64,000 nucleotides of DNA. Origin: Candidatus Alcyoniella australis (GTDB lineage Bacteria; Lernaellota; Lernaellaia; JAVCCG01; Alcyoniellaceae). Location of the stretch: assembly GCA_030765605.1 (NCBI GenBank), contig JAVCCG010000133.1, positions 12,086-76,085 on the forward strand, written 5' to 3'. A program made the translations under genes and the position numbers. The notes beneath the pieces were generated by a model. That model made no database searches and was not told the DNA's origin. It saw only the letters and a list, made by a program, of their open reading frames with translations. Below are positions 41,797-51,189 of the stretch, one piece after another; the stretch's first letter is position 1, and every line of letters begins with the position of its first letter.

Positions 41797-42741
41797 TTAG
41801 TCGACCTTTCCCGAGACCAGTAGCTTGAGCACCTCGGCGTCGGAATCGAGCACTATCACGGTCTGTTCGTCGAGGAACTTGCGGTAGCTCTCCAGGGTGC
41901 GCGTCAGCTTGTACAGTTCGGGGTCCGAGCTGTAGGCCTCGGCGTAAATCCGGGCCGCAACCGCGTCGCCCTCGCCCTTGGTCTGCTCGGCGTCGCGATA
42001 GGCCTCGGTGAGAATCCGGCTGACCTCTTTGTCGGTCTCGGCCTTGATCTTCTCGGCCTCCTCTTCGCCCTCGGCGCGGTACTTTTTGGCAATGCGCTGG
42101 CGCTCGGAGCGCATCCGGCGGTAGACCGAGGCGCGCGTGCCCTCGGGGAAGCCGAAGCGCCGCAGGCCGACGTCGACGACCTCCACCCCCAGCTCCTCGC
42201 GGGCCGCGGATCGGCAGCGCTCGGTTGCGACCTGCATGATCTGCTCGATCTGCACGCCGTCGGGCTCAACCGAGAGCAGGACGGAGAGCTCTGACTTGCC
42301 CAGCACGTCGCTGACCTCGCTGAGCAGCATCGAGCTTAAGCGCACCTCGGCCGTGCGCCGGTCCTTGACCGTGCGGATGAACAGTCGCGGATCGGCGATG
42401 CGCCAGCAGGCGTAGGCCTCGTAGACCAGCGGTTTTTTATCTTGGGTCAGCACCTCGGCCGGCCGCGCGTCGAGCACCATCAGCCGCGCGTCAAAGCGGT
42501 GCACCGACTGGATCGGGTCGGGCCACTTGAAGTACAGCCCGGGCTTGTCCAGCACGCGCACCGGGTCGCCCAGGAACGTCAGCAGCCCCAGCTCGGACTG
42601 GTCGATGGTGAACAGCATGTTGTTCAACAGCAGGAAGCAGATGATCAGCAGGCCGACCACGATCAGCCAGGTCCGGGCAGCCCCCGCGGTCGCCGCTGCC
42701 GGGCCGGGGTCGGGCCCGCTGTTTGTCGCATCGTGGCTCAT
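41797..42741 (-). CDS. hflC: HflC-like SPFH protein
   Basis: PGLYFKWP, LTQDKK, RMRSERQRIAKKYRAEG, GEGDAVAARIYAEAY, RTLESY. Confidence 0.88.
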   Translation of the reverse strand: MSHDATNSGPDPGPAAATAGAARTWLIVVGLLIICFLLLNNMLFTIDQSELGLLTFLGDPVRVLDKPGLYFKWPDPIQSVHRFDARLMVLDARPAEVLTQDKKPLVYEAYACWRIADPRLFIRTVKDRRTAEVRLSSMLLSEVSDVLGKSELSVLLSVEPDGVQIEQIMQVATERCRSAAREELGVEVVDVGLRRFGFPEGTRASVYRRMRSERQRIAKKYRAEGEEEAEKIKAETDKEVSRILTEAYRDAEQTKGEGDAVAARIYAEAYSSDPELYKLTRTLESYRKFLDEQTVIVLDSDAEVLKLLVSGKVD

Positions 42742-44453
42742 CGTGTCCTCCTCTGGCCATCGGGCTCGGTCATGCGCAAATCGATTGCACCGGGGCTTAG
42801 GTGCGAGGGCACGATCACCTTGCGCCGCCCGGCCAGTGCCGCCTCAAGGGTCTCGAGGGTCAGTCGGTATTCGTGCAGCCGCCGCTGTCCGCGGATCGCC
42901 GCGGCAAGTTGGGTGAAGCGCGAGGCCTCGCCCCCAGCGCGCATGGTCGTGCTGGCGCGGTAGCCCTCGGAGTCGAACAGGATGCGCACCGCATCGCCGC
43001 GGGCGCGGGCGATTTTCTCGTTGTTGTAGCCCTGGGCGTCGTTGATCGCTTTCTCTTTGTCCTCGAGGGCCGAGTAGACTTCGCGGAAGTCCTCGACCAC
43101 CTGCACCGGCGGATGCACGTCCTGCAAATAGACCGCGAGGATCGACAGGCCGGTGCCCATGGCCGTCAGACGGCATTGGGCGCGCGCGGCCACGGCCTGC
43201 TCCACGTCGCGGCGTTCCCAGATCAGCGCCTGCTCGAAGTTGAGTCCGGCGACCTCGCCGTGCAGCGCCGACTCCACTGCCGCGGTCACCATCCGCTCGA
43301 TGTCGGCCACTCCCAGCAGCGCCGCCGCCGGGTCGGAGAGGCTGTACTGCACCACGAGGTTGACGTCGAGCATGTTCTCGTCGCCGGTGAGCACCAGCGC
43401 CTCGTCGATCTTCTTTTGGTAGACCCCTGCGGTGTGCAGGCTATCCCACTCGTAGTTCGAGCGCAGGCGTACCGTGCTTACCGGACCCTGGGGCAGGCTG
43501 CGGAAGCCGACCTCGAGTTGGCGTACCCGTTGCGGCTCCACGGTGATCACGCGCTCAATGGGCGCCGGGGCCAGCCAGTGCAGTCCGGGCTGTAGCGGCT
43601 GGCCTTGCAGGCCGCCCCAGCGCAGCCGCAGGCCGACCTGGTCCGGGCCGACCATGGTCAGTCCGCTGAGCACCCACAGCACGAGCACCAGTAGCGCCGT
43701 GCAGGCCAGCAGCCCGCGCCGACGGACGGCCACCCGTTCCCAGAGGCGTTCGCCGACCAGCTTGCGGCCGACCAGCCCCAGGAAGCCGTAACGCCGATGC
43801 TGCTCAGCCCCGTGTTTGGAGCGGGTCAGCAGGCCCAGCAGCGCACCGATTCCCACGTCAAGGCCGATGCCCGCGACCAACACCACGATCAGCGCGGCCA
43901 CCGGCCGATCGAGCCGCAGTCCGATCACCTGGCCCATCAGCGCTAAAATCACGGCCAGCGAGGTCATTACGTCCATGCTGGTATGGCGGCTGTCCGCGGT
44001 CAGCGAGGGCGAGCCGGTCTCGCGTCCGGCGCGCGCCTGATAGCGCGCCAAGCCCCAGTTGATCAGCGCGAAGCAAAAGGTGGCCACAATCGCTGCGGGC
44101 AGCCATTCGCCGCGCACTTGCAGCGAGGGGCGGCCGATCATCAGGCCGATGCGCAGGGCCGCGCCGAGAATCATCAGCGAGATCAGCAGCGCCACCAGGT
44201 TTTCGATCAGCACCGCTTGGCTTGGACGACGCTCGCCCAGCCGTACGCCGACCAGCACCATTGCCGAGACCACCATGTCCGAGAGGCTGTGCAGCGCGTC
44301 GGCGACCATCGCCATGCTGCCCACCAGCAGGCCAAAAAGCGCCTCGCCAAGCACCAGCAGCAAGTTCACCGCGATGCTCACCTTGGCCACGCGGGCGCGG
44401 CGCGGCGCATCCGTAGTCTGTGGCTGCTGTTGCGTCGGGTGGCTCGTTGACAT
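42738..44453 (-). CDS. Fusion of a cation diffusion facilitator TM domain and an HflK SPFH domain
   Basis: N-terminal SMAMVADALHSLSD and SLTADSRHTSMD (CDF TM2/TM5); C-terminal LTGDENMLDV, QDVHPP, AINDAQGY (HflK). Confidence 0.8.
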   Translation of the reverse strand: MSTSHPTQQQPQTTDAPRRARVAKVSIAVNLLLVLGEALFGLLVGSMAMVADALHSLSDMVVSAMVLVGVRLGERRPSQAVLIENLVALLISLMILGAALRIGLMIGRPSLQVRGEWLPAAIVATFCFALINWGLARYQARAGRETGSPSLTADSRHTSMDVMTSLAVILALMGQVIGLRLDRPVAALIVVLVAGIGLDVGIGALLGLLTRSKHGAEQHRRYGFLGLVGRKLVGERLWERVAVRRRGLLACTALLVLVLWVLSGLTMVGPDQVGLRLRWGGLQGQPLQPGLHWLAPAPIERVITVEPQRVRQLEVGFRSLPQGPVSTVRLRSNYEWDSLHTAGVYQKKIDEALVLTGDENMLDVNLVVQYSLSDPAAALLGVADIERMVTAAVESALHGEVAGLNFEQALIWERRDVEQAVAARAQCRLTAMGTGLSILAVYLQDVHPPVQVVEDFREVYSALEDKEKAINDAQGYNNEKIARARGDAVRILFDSEGYRASTTMRAGGEASRFTQLAAAIRGQRRLHEYRLTLETLEAALAGRRKVIVPSHLSPGAIDLRMTEPDGQRRTR

Positions 44454-44523
44454 TCAGGACCGCATCCTATTATGAAAAACGTGCTACCTGTTGTACACGC
44501 TGCCGATCATGCTGTCCAGACGG

Positions 44524-45561
44524 CTATTTAACGCTGATGGCTCCAGGTTCGCCGTCAATGATTTTGCCGACAACCCAGCCGGGGAACGGCCCTTGCGCGA
44601 GCCCTTCGAGCATCTTTTCGGCGTTGCCCGGCGGCAGTGCGGCCAGCAGTCCGCCCGAGGTCTGGGCGTCGGCCGCCAGCATCAGCAGGTCCGGGTCGGC
44701 TCCGGGCAGACGGATCAGGCCGGGTTCGACGTACTTAAGGTTGGCGTGGGTGCCGCCGGGGATCAGCCCCTCGCGGATGAGCTCGAGCACGCCGGGCATT
44801 TGCGGCAGGGACGCGAGATCGATTTGCGCGGCCACGCCCGAGGCGTTGCACATCTCCCACAGGTGGCCCAGCAGGCCGAAGCCCGTGACGTCGGTCAGCG
44901 AGTGCACGTCCGCGGCGATCGCCGCGCGCATCCCTTGCTCGTTGAGCAGGCAGGCGGATTGCACCAGCGCGTCGATCTGTTGCGGCTGCGCGGACTCGGC
45001 CTTGATTGCCGTGGCGATCAACCCGGTTCCCAGGGGTTTAGTTAATACCAGCACGTCGCCGGGACGCGCCGTGGCGTTGGTCAGCACGCGATCGGGGTGC
45101 ACCAGGCCGACCACGGCCAGGCCGTACTTGGGTTCGGGATCGTCCACGGTGTGGCCGCCGAGCACCATGCAGTGCGCCTCGGCTGCGGCGTCGTACCCGC
45201 CGCGTAAAATCGCCGCGACCAGCTCGTCGGGCAGCTTGCCTTGGGGAATCGACAGCAGGTTCAGCGCGGCGAACGGTTCGCCGCCCATGGCGTAGACGTC
45301 GGAGAGCGCGTTGACCGCGGCAATGCGGCCGAACAGGTAGGGGTCATCGACGATCGGCGTGAAGAAGTCGGTGGTCAGCACCAGGGCGCGCTCGTCATCG
45401 AGGCGCACCACCGCGGCGTCGTCAGGCACGGCCGTGCCGACGATGATCCGCGCGTCCTGCGGTACGGGCAGGTGCTTCAGTATCTTTTGCAGCGCTCCCG
45501 GCGCCAGCTTACAGGCTCAGCCTGCGCCGTGAGAAAGCTGCGTGAGCTTGATCCGCTCCAT
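44524..45561 (-). CDS. selD: Selenide, water dikinase (selenophosphate synthetase), selenocysteine-containing
   Basis: MERIKLTQLSHGAG-TGA-ACKL with the TGA at 45517-45519 in frame with DDAAV, TDFFTP, NALSDVYAMGG, TDVTGFGL, DAQTSGGLL. Confidence 0.93.
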
Positions 45562-45592
45562 CCGCTCCATCCGCTCCGATTGGTTGTTGCGT

Positions 45593-47707
45593 CTATGCGA
45601 CGGGGATGATCCTGGCGTCTACCGCCAGCACCCCCTTGCCCTTGGGATACACCCGCAACGGGTTGATGTCCATCTCGCTGATCCAGGGCTGCTCCGCGGC
45701 CAGTATCGAGAGCTTGACCAGCGTCTGCTCCAGGGCGGCCAGGTCGGACGGGCCGCGGCCGCGCGTGCCGTGGAGGATCTTGGAGCCGCGCAGTTGCTCG
45801 ACCATACTGCGCGCCTCGGCGCGGTCGAAAGGCGCCACGCGCAGCACCGTGTCGCCGAGCACCTCGGTGTAAATCCCGCCCCAGCCGAGCATCACGATCG
45901 GACCGAAGTCGTTATCCTGCTTGAATCCCAGGATCAGCTCCAGGCCCTGGTCCGCGTATTTTTGCACCAGCGCGCCGCGGATTTGGGCTCGGGGGTAGGC
46001 CGTGTTGATCGCAGCCATCATTTTGTCCCAGCCCTCGCGCACCTCGGCCACGGTGCGCAGGTCGAGCAGCACGCCGCCGCAATCGCTCTTGTGGGTCACG
46101 TCCGGGCTCTCGACCTTAAGCGCCACGGGCAGGCCGATCTCGCGCGCGGCCTTGACCGCGCCTCCCACGGACGTGGCCAGCTTGCCGCGGATCGCCGGGA
46201 TGGCGTAGGCCTCGAGCACCTCCAACGCCTGGCGGTTCAGCGATGCCTGGCCGCGCGTGGACTCGCGGATCGCGTCCACGCGCTCAAGGTCGCGCCCCTT
46301 GATCTTGGGCACGCGGTACGCGCCGCAGCGCTGCTGCAGATTGACGTGGTTGTCGCGGCTGATCGCCAGGGCGCGCACCGCCTCCTCGGGCGTGGTGAAG
46401 ATCGGGAAGTCGAACATCTCCTTGAGCCGCCGCGCCTCGGAGTGCCAGGAGATCAGTCCCATGGCCACCGGCTTGTTGTGCTTGCGGTTGAGCTCGGCCA
46501 GGAAGCTGATCATCTCCTCGGGGATGCGCGGGTCGTAGCGGCTGATGTAAGTGAACAGGAAGCAGATCGCGTCGAACTGCGGACGCGAGACCACGTCGGC
46601 CAGGATGTGCTTGTAGGCATCCAGGTCGTACAGGTCGCCCAGGTCCATCGGGTTGTCCAGCTTGATTACCTTAGCGCGCAGCTTCTCCTCGGCGTTGGCG
46701 ATCACTTCGCGCGGGAACGGCGGCAGCTCGAAGCCGAACTTTTCGCAGTGGTCTGCGGCTATAATCGCGTGGCCGCCCGAGCGGCTGATGATCGCCAGCC
46801 GGTTGCCCTTCATTGCCGGCAGCGAGAGCGCCTTGGCCGCGTCGATCATCTGGTTGATCTCGTCGCAGCGCAGGGCGCCGGCCTGCTTGATCGCCGCGTC
46901 GACCACCGCGTCGTCGCTGACCATCGCGCTGGTGTGGCTGGCCGCGATCTTCTGCGCGGCCCGGCCGATGTTCGACTTGTGCACGATGATCGGCTTGCGG
47001 GCCTTGCGCATTTCGAGGAAGAACTCGCGGCCGCGGCTGAAGCCCTCGAGGTAGACGCAGATCGTATGCGTCTGCTCGTCGCGCAGCAGCACCGGCAGCA
47101 GGTCGACCTCGTCGACGTCGAGCTTGTTGCCCAGCGAGGCGAACTTGGCCATGCCCACGTGCTCTTTGAGAAACTCCTGGATGTAGGAAATGCCCACGCC
47201 GCCGGACTGCGAGAGCACCGAGACGTGCCCTTTGAACATCTGCGGCATGGTCGGGAAGGGCACGCACAGGCCGTTGTCCATGTTGATCACGCCGATGCCG
47301 TTGGGCCCGACAAAGCGCATGCCGTAGTCCTGCGCGATCTGGGCCGCGCGATCGGCGAGCAGCGCGCCCTTGCGGCCGTACTCGGAGAATCCCGCCGACT
47401 GCACGTAGGCGAACTTGACGCCGTGGCGGCCGCACTGTTCGAGGATGTCGGGTAGCGTATGCGCCGGGGTGAGGATCGCGGCCGCGTCCAGCGGTGCCGG
47501 AACGTCGGACACGTTGCGGTAGATCTTCATTCCGAACACCACGCCGCCCGAGCGCCCGACCGGATAGATCTCGCCGGTGAAGCCCATGGTCAGCAGGTTT
47601 TCGACGATGCCGCGGGCCAGGTTGGTCTTGCGCGGACTGACGCCGATCACTGCCAGGCGTTGGGGATTGAAAAGGTTGTCCAGGGGCTCGGCTGCGCGTG
47701 CAGTCAT
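45593..47707 (-). CDS. ADP-forming acyl-CoA synthetase (acetate-CoA ligase family, fused alpha/beta)
   Basis: GPNGIG, SQSGG, SLGNKLD, ASHT, NPMDL, ATP-grasp HKSDCGGV, EMDINPL. Confidence 0.88.
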   Translation of the reverse strand: MTARAAEPLDNLFNPQRLAVIGVSPRKTNLARGIVENLLTMGFTGEIYPVGRSGGVVFGMKIYRNVSDVPAPLDAAAILTPAHTLPDILEQCGRHGVKFAYVQSAGFSEYGRKGALLADRAAQIAQDYGMRFVGPNGIGVINMDNGLCVPFPTMPQMFKGHVSVLSQSGGVGISYIQEFLKEHVGMAKFASLGNKLDVDEVDLLPVLLRDEQTHTICVYLEGFSRGREFFLEMRKARKPIIVHKSNIGRAAQKIAASHTSAMVSDDAVVDAAIKQAGALRCDEINQMIDAAKALSLPAMKGNRLAIISRSGGHAIIAADHCEKFGFELPPFPREVIANAEEKLRAKVIKLDNPMDLGDLYDLDAYKHILADVVSRPQFDAICFLFTYISRYDPRIPEEMISFLAELNRKHNKPVAMGLISWHSEARRLKEMFDFPIFTTPEEAVRALAISRDNHVNLQQRCGAYRVPKIKGRDLERVDAIRESTRGQASLNRQALEVLEAYAIPAIRGKLATSVGGAVKAAREIGLPVALKVESPDVTHKSDCGGVLLDLRTVAEVREGWDKMMAAINTAYPRAQIRGALVQKYADQGLELILGFKQDNDFGPIVMLGWGGIYTEVLGDTVLRVAPFDRAEARSMVEQLRGSKILHGTRGRGPSDLAALEQTLVKLSILAAEQPWISEMDINPLRVYPKGKGVLAVDARIIPVA

Positions 47708-47740
47708 AGTCCGACACCTCCCTTGTGCCTTGGGGAACGG

Positions 47741-48316
47741 CTATTTCTTTGTCTTTTTGGCTTGCTTGCTCTGCTGCGCCGACTGATCGTCGAGAAAGCG
47801 CTCCAGTCCGCGGTTGATCTTCTTTAGGTTGGGCTCGATCATTTTCAGCACGAATTTCTCGGTCTGCCCAATCAGCCGGTTGGCAACCAGTTTGGGCATG
47901 AAGCGCACCGAGCTGAAGTCCAGTAGGAGTTCGCCGTTGACGGTGATCACCGTCTGCTCGCCGTCGGGTTCCATCACGTTGCAGCCGCTGGCCTCGACGT
48001 ATTGCTTGAGCAGCGGGAATTCCATCCGCCAGTAGACCGCGTTCTCGGACGCGACCCAGCGGGCGTGGTCGAGCCAGGTCAGGCGGCTGACGTCGTAGCG
48101 CTTGGCCAACGGCCGTAGGAACGAGGGGATCTTGCTGCCGCTGGTCCACTCGTTGAGCAACTTGATTTGGTCGGGATCGGTCTCGTCGCGCTCGAGCAGC
48201 GTGATTGTTTCGATGTCGTCCATGTACTCGGAGAACTCGTCCAGCCGGTCACGGTAGGTCTGGTAGACCGTATCCCGCGGGTGGCGGATGCGATCGCTGA
48301 ACTCGAACTTCATCAT
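47741..48316 (-). CDS. START/SRPBCC-like (DUF2505-like) protein
   Basis: RHPRDTVYQTYRD start, beta-rich core, long C-terminal helix. Confidence 0.55.
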   Translation of the reverse strand: MMKFEFSDRIRHPRDTVYQTYRDRLDEFSEYMDDIETITLLERDETDPDQIKLLNEWTSGSKIPSFLRPLAKRYDVSRLTWLDHARWVASENAVYWRMEFPLLKQYVEASGCNVMEPDGEQTVITVNGELLLDFSSVRFMPKLVANRLIGQTEKFVLKMIEPNLKKINRGLERFLDDQSAQQSKQAKKTKK

Positions 48317-48350
48317 TACTCCCTGCGGTAATTATTGGGTCGGCCGCCGA

Positions 48351-51185
48351 TCATAGCGGCGGCGGCGAGACAGCCCGCATCTTTACATCCGAGGGCAGCA
48401 CCAGCAGTCCGCCGAGCATGCTGATGTCGGACTGTCCGCTGATCAGCACCTCCATTCGGCCGTCGTCGTTGAAGAACATCCGGCCGGTTTGCTCCAGGGC
48501 CAGCTCGTGCTCGAGTAGCGCGTTGAGGATTCCGTTGCGCACCGTGAAGTAGGTCATCATCGAGATGTTCATCTGCGGCAGACCGTCGTCGGCCTCGACC
48601 ACCGGGGCCATACCGGTCTGGAAAACGTCGATGGTGATCGGACCCATGCCCACGGGCCCGGGATCGCCCGGCGACTTGTCGTCGTCGTCCATCGTCAGGC
48701 CCATTGAGGTGGAGGTGGCGTAGAGCACGATGCCGCTGGAGAGCGAGATGTCCAGGTACGGCTCGCCGTCGCGGTCGTAGGCCAGCCCCCTGACGAACGA
48801 GACCATCTCGCCGCTGACGTAGCTGGGCCAGACGATCAAGGCGGAGAGGATCTCAATTTGATTCTCGGGCGTGGGCGTTTCGGTGTCGTCGAAGAAGCCG
48901 TTGCCGTCGGTGTCGGAGATCGGGTCGGCGTGTAAAAACAGCTCGACGTCGGCCGTGGGCTCGACCGCGGTGAAGTCCAGGCGGTAGTCCTCGCCGCCGG
49001 GCTCCAGGTCGTTGTCCGTGTCGAGCTGCGCGCTGCCGTAGGAACGGATTTCCTCGCTGAGCTGCAGGCGGTAGCGCCGCCCGGGGGTCAGCGGCTCGTC
49101 GGGGATGATCACCAGCTTGCGCCAGTCGACCACGCTGGTGGCGTTCACCAGGGTGCCCGCGTCGATGTCGTAGAGCAGTACGGTGTCGCCGTAGTACATC
49201 GTTTCGCGGTTCATCACCTGGGTGAAGAACACCGTGGGCCACAGGTTGCACGGGTAGGTCGAGCCGTACTCGTTGGGCACGTCCATGGTCCCCAGCTTGG
49301 GCGGCCAGTACGACCAGGCGGCCGCGTTGGTCGAGAACGTCGTGCCCCAACGCTCGGTCAGGGCGTTGCCCGCCAAGTCGCAAAGTCCGGGTTCGGCGAA
49401 CACGCCGTAGGCGGAGGAGGGCTCAAGCGGCTCGATCGGCCGCAGCGCGACCTTGGCGCCGTCCACGCTCACCGCGCAGGGCACCTGCTCTTCGTCCGCG
49501 TTGTAGAGCTTGACGAACTCGATGGTCGTCGGGTCGAGCGCCTCGTTGAAAAAGACGATCACCGGCGACTCGACCGGCACCAGCTTGGACGACTGCTGCG
49601 GCAGGCTCGAGAGCGCCTGCGGCGGCGTGCGGTCGGCCTTGCGCTGCGGCGTGCCGGGGTAGGGAATCTGGTAGAGCGAGATCGTGGTCGGGATCGACTC
49701 GCCGGCCAGCTTGAGCTCGGAGTAGCCCATCAGCTCGAGCACCATCTCGCCGTCCTCGCGCACGTAGCTCACGCCCACCAGTTCGACCCCCAGGATCTGC
49801 TGGGTCATGTTCGAGTTGGCGGTCGGATCCTCGGCCGTGAGCGAGATGTCCATCACCAGGGTCAGCGCGGGAAGCACCTCGGTGTTGCCAACATAGTCGC
49901 GGCTGTCGCGCAAATAGCCCGACACGTCGCTGAGCATCTCGATGGTCAGCGGGCCGGTGACCAGCCCGGCGGGAATCTTGCCGCCGAGCATCGCGCTCAT
50001 GCTGCTGGTGATCAGTTTTTCGCCGGCGCGGATCGTCAGCGGAATCTGCGAGAAGTCGCCGGTCTCGCCCAGCTCGCTGAACAGCGCGCCGCCCACGTAC
50101 AACACGGACTCGCCCAGCAGTTTGCTGTCGGCGATCATCGTGTTCGCCGGACGGCCGGTCAGCGGGCTCAGCGGCATGTCTTCCGGGTCGAGGGCCTCGT
50201 GCAGGTCGCCGTCCGCGGCCGAGGGCCAGGCGTCGGTGATCAGCCGGCGTCGCGGCTCAGTGCTTTGCGGGTAGAAGCTCCAGACGAACGCCTGCTGCAA
50301 CCCCGCGCCGTTCAGATCGTGGATCGCGGCAACGGCCACATCGTCATCGTCGTCGTCATCATCGTCGTCGGCCTTGGATGATTCATCGTCGTCGGCGTCC
50401 GGGTACTCGAAGGGGTCGGCCTCGATGGTCAGCTCGTAGGGCAGCTTCGGGTTGAGGTCGTCGAGCGGATCGATCACCACCAGGTTGCCCTGCACAAAGA
50501 CCCGCGCTGCCACCAGCTCGCCGGGCTCGTCCGCCGGACCCTCGTCCTGTTGGTCGTCGTCATCATCATCGTCGGCCTTGGCGTCTTCGCCGGCCACGCG
50601 CAGATGCACGCTTTGGCCGTAGATCACGCTTTGGGCAACGATGGGCTCGGAAAACGCAATGCGGAAGGTCGAGATGTCCAGCACCTCGTCCTGGGCCGGG
50701 TTGGTGTAGGCGACAGTGGGGAAGGCGCTGGAGTCGGGCCGGTCGGGCTTGGTCTGGAACACGATCTGCTGGATCTTACCGTCCATCAGCGGCGCGCGTC
50801 CCTGGAAGTCGCGCACGCCGTTGCGCAGTCGCACGCGGTAGCTCTGGTTGCCGCGCAGGGGGACCAGCGGAGTCAGTTCCACCGAGCTGCGGTGTAGGGT
50901 CAGCTTGTGGTCCACGGACTCGGTGCCGCCGCGCTCGAGCAGCCGCACAAAGCTCACCTGCCCCTCGACGGTCGCCGGGTCGATCGGCGCGGAGAACGCC
51001 AGGTGCACCCGGGCATGCACCGGCACCTGCTGCATCCCCTGATAGGGGTAGGCCGCGAGCAGGGTGAAGTTGTCGATCTTTGAAGTCTCGAGCCCGGCGT
51101 CGTCGTCCTTTTCGGAGCAGGCGGCGAACAGGGCCAAAGACACAATCAGCAAGATGCAGATCAATCCGCGCTGATACATCGCCAA
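48351..51185 (-). CDS. Large lipoprotein with repeated Ig-like (Big_5-type) domains, AupB-like
   Basis: Lipobox FAAC; repeated FSAPID/FSEPI/FNEALD ... PLxP..Y domains; internal Asp runs. Confidence 0.7.
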   Translation of the reverse strand: MAMYQRGLICILLIVSLALFAACSEKDDDAGLETSKIDNFTLLAAYPYQGMQQVPVHARVHLAFSAPIDPATVEGQVSFVRLLERGGTESVDHKLTLHRSSVELTPLVPLRGNQSYRVRLRNGVRDFQGRAPLMDGKIQQIVFQTKPDRPDSSAFPTVAYTNPAQDEVLDISTFRIAFSEPIVAQSVIYGQSVHLRVAGEDAKADDDDDDDQQDEGPADEPGELVAARVFVQGNLVVIDPLDDLNPKLPYELTIEADPFEYPDADDDESSKADDDDDDDDDDVAVAAIHDLNGAGLQQAFVWSFYPQSTEPRRRLITDAWPSAADGDLHEALDPEDMPLSPLTGRPANTMIADSKLLGESVLYVGGALFSELGETGDFSQIPLTIRAGEKLITSSMSAMLGGKIPAGLVTGPLTIEMLSDVSGYLRDSRDYVGNTEVLPALTLVMDISLTAEDPTANSNMTQQILGVELVGVSYVREDGEMVLELMGYSELKLAGESIPTTISLYQIPYPGTPQRKADRTPPQALSSLPQQSSKLVPVESPVIVFFNEALDPTTIEFVKLYNADEEQVPCAVSVDGAKVALRPIEPLEPSSAYGVFAEPGLCDLAGNALTERWGTTFSTNAAAWSYWPPKLGTMDVPNEYGSTYPCNLWPTVFFTQVMNRETMYYGDTVLLYDIDAGTLVNATSVVDWRKLVIIPDEPLTPGRRYRLQLSEEIRSYGSAQLDTDNDLEPGGEDYRLDFTAVEPTADVELFLHADPISDTDGNGFFDDTETPTPENQIEILSALIVWPSYVSGEMVSFVRGLAYDRDGEPYLDISLSSGIVLYATSTSMGLTMDDDDKSPGDPGPVGMGPITIDVFQTGMAPVVEADDGLPQMNISMMTYFTVRNGILNALLEHELALEQTGRMFFNDDGRMEVLISGQSDISMLGGLLVLPSDVKMRAVSPPPL

Positions 51186-51189
51186 CCTC

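Noticed and set aside
44524..45561. selD pseudogene
   Set aside because: The single TGA sits exactly at the catalytic Cys/Sec position and the rest of the frame is intact
45542..47455. 637-aa plus-strand ORF and other long overlapping ORFs (e.g. 3030-4283, 4244-5689, 32837-34162, 60156-61472)
   Set aside because: Antisense shadows of well-supported genes, expected in high-GC DNA; no motifs
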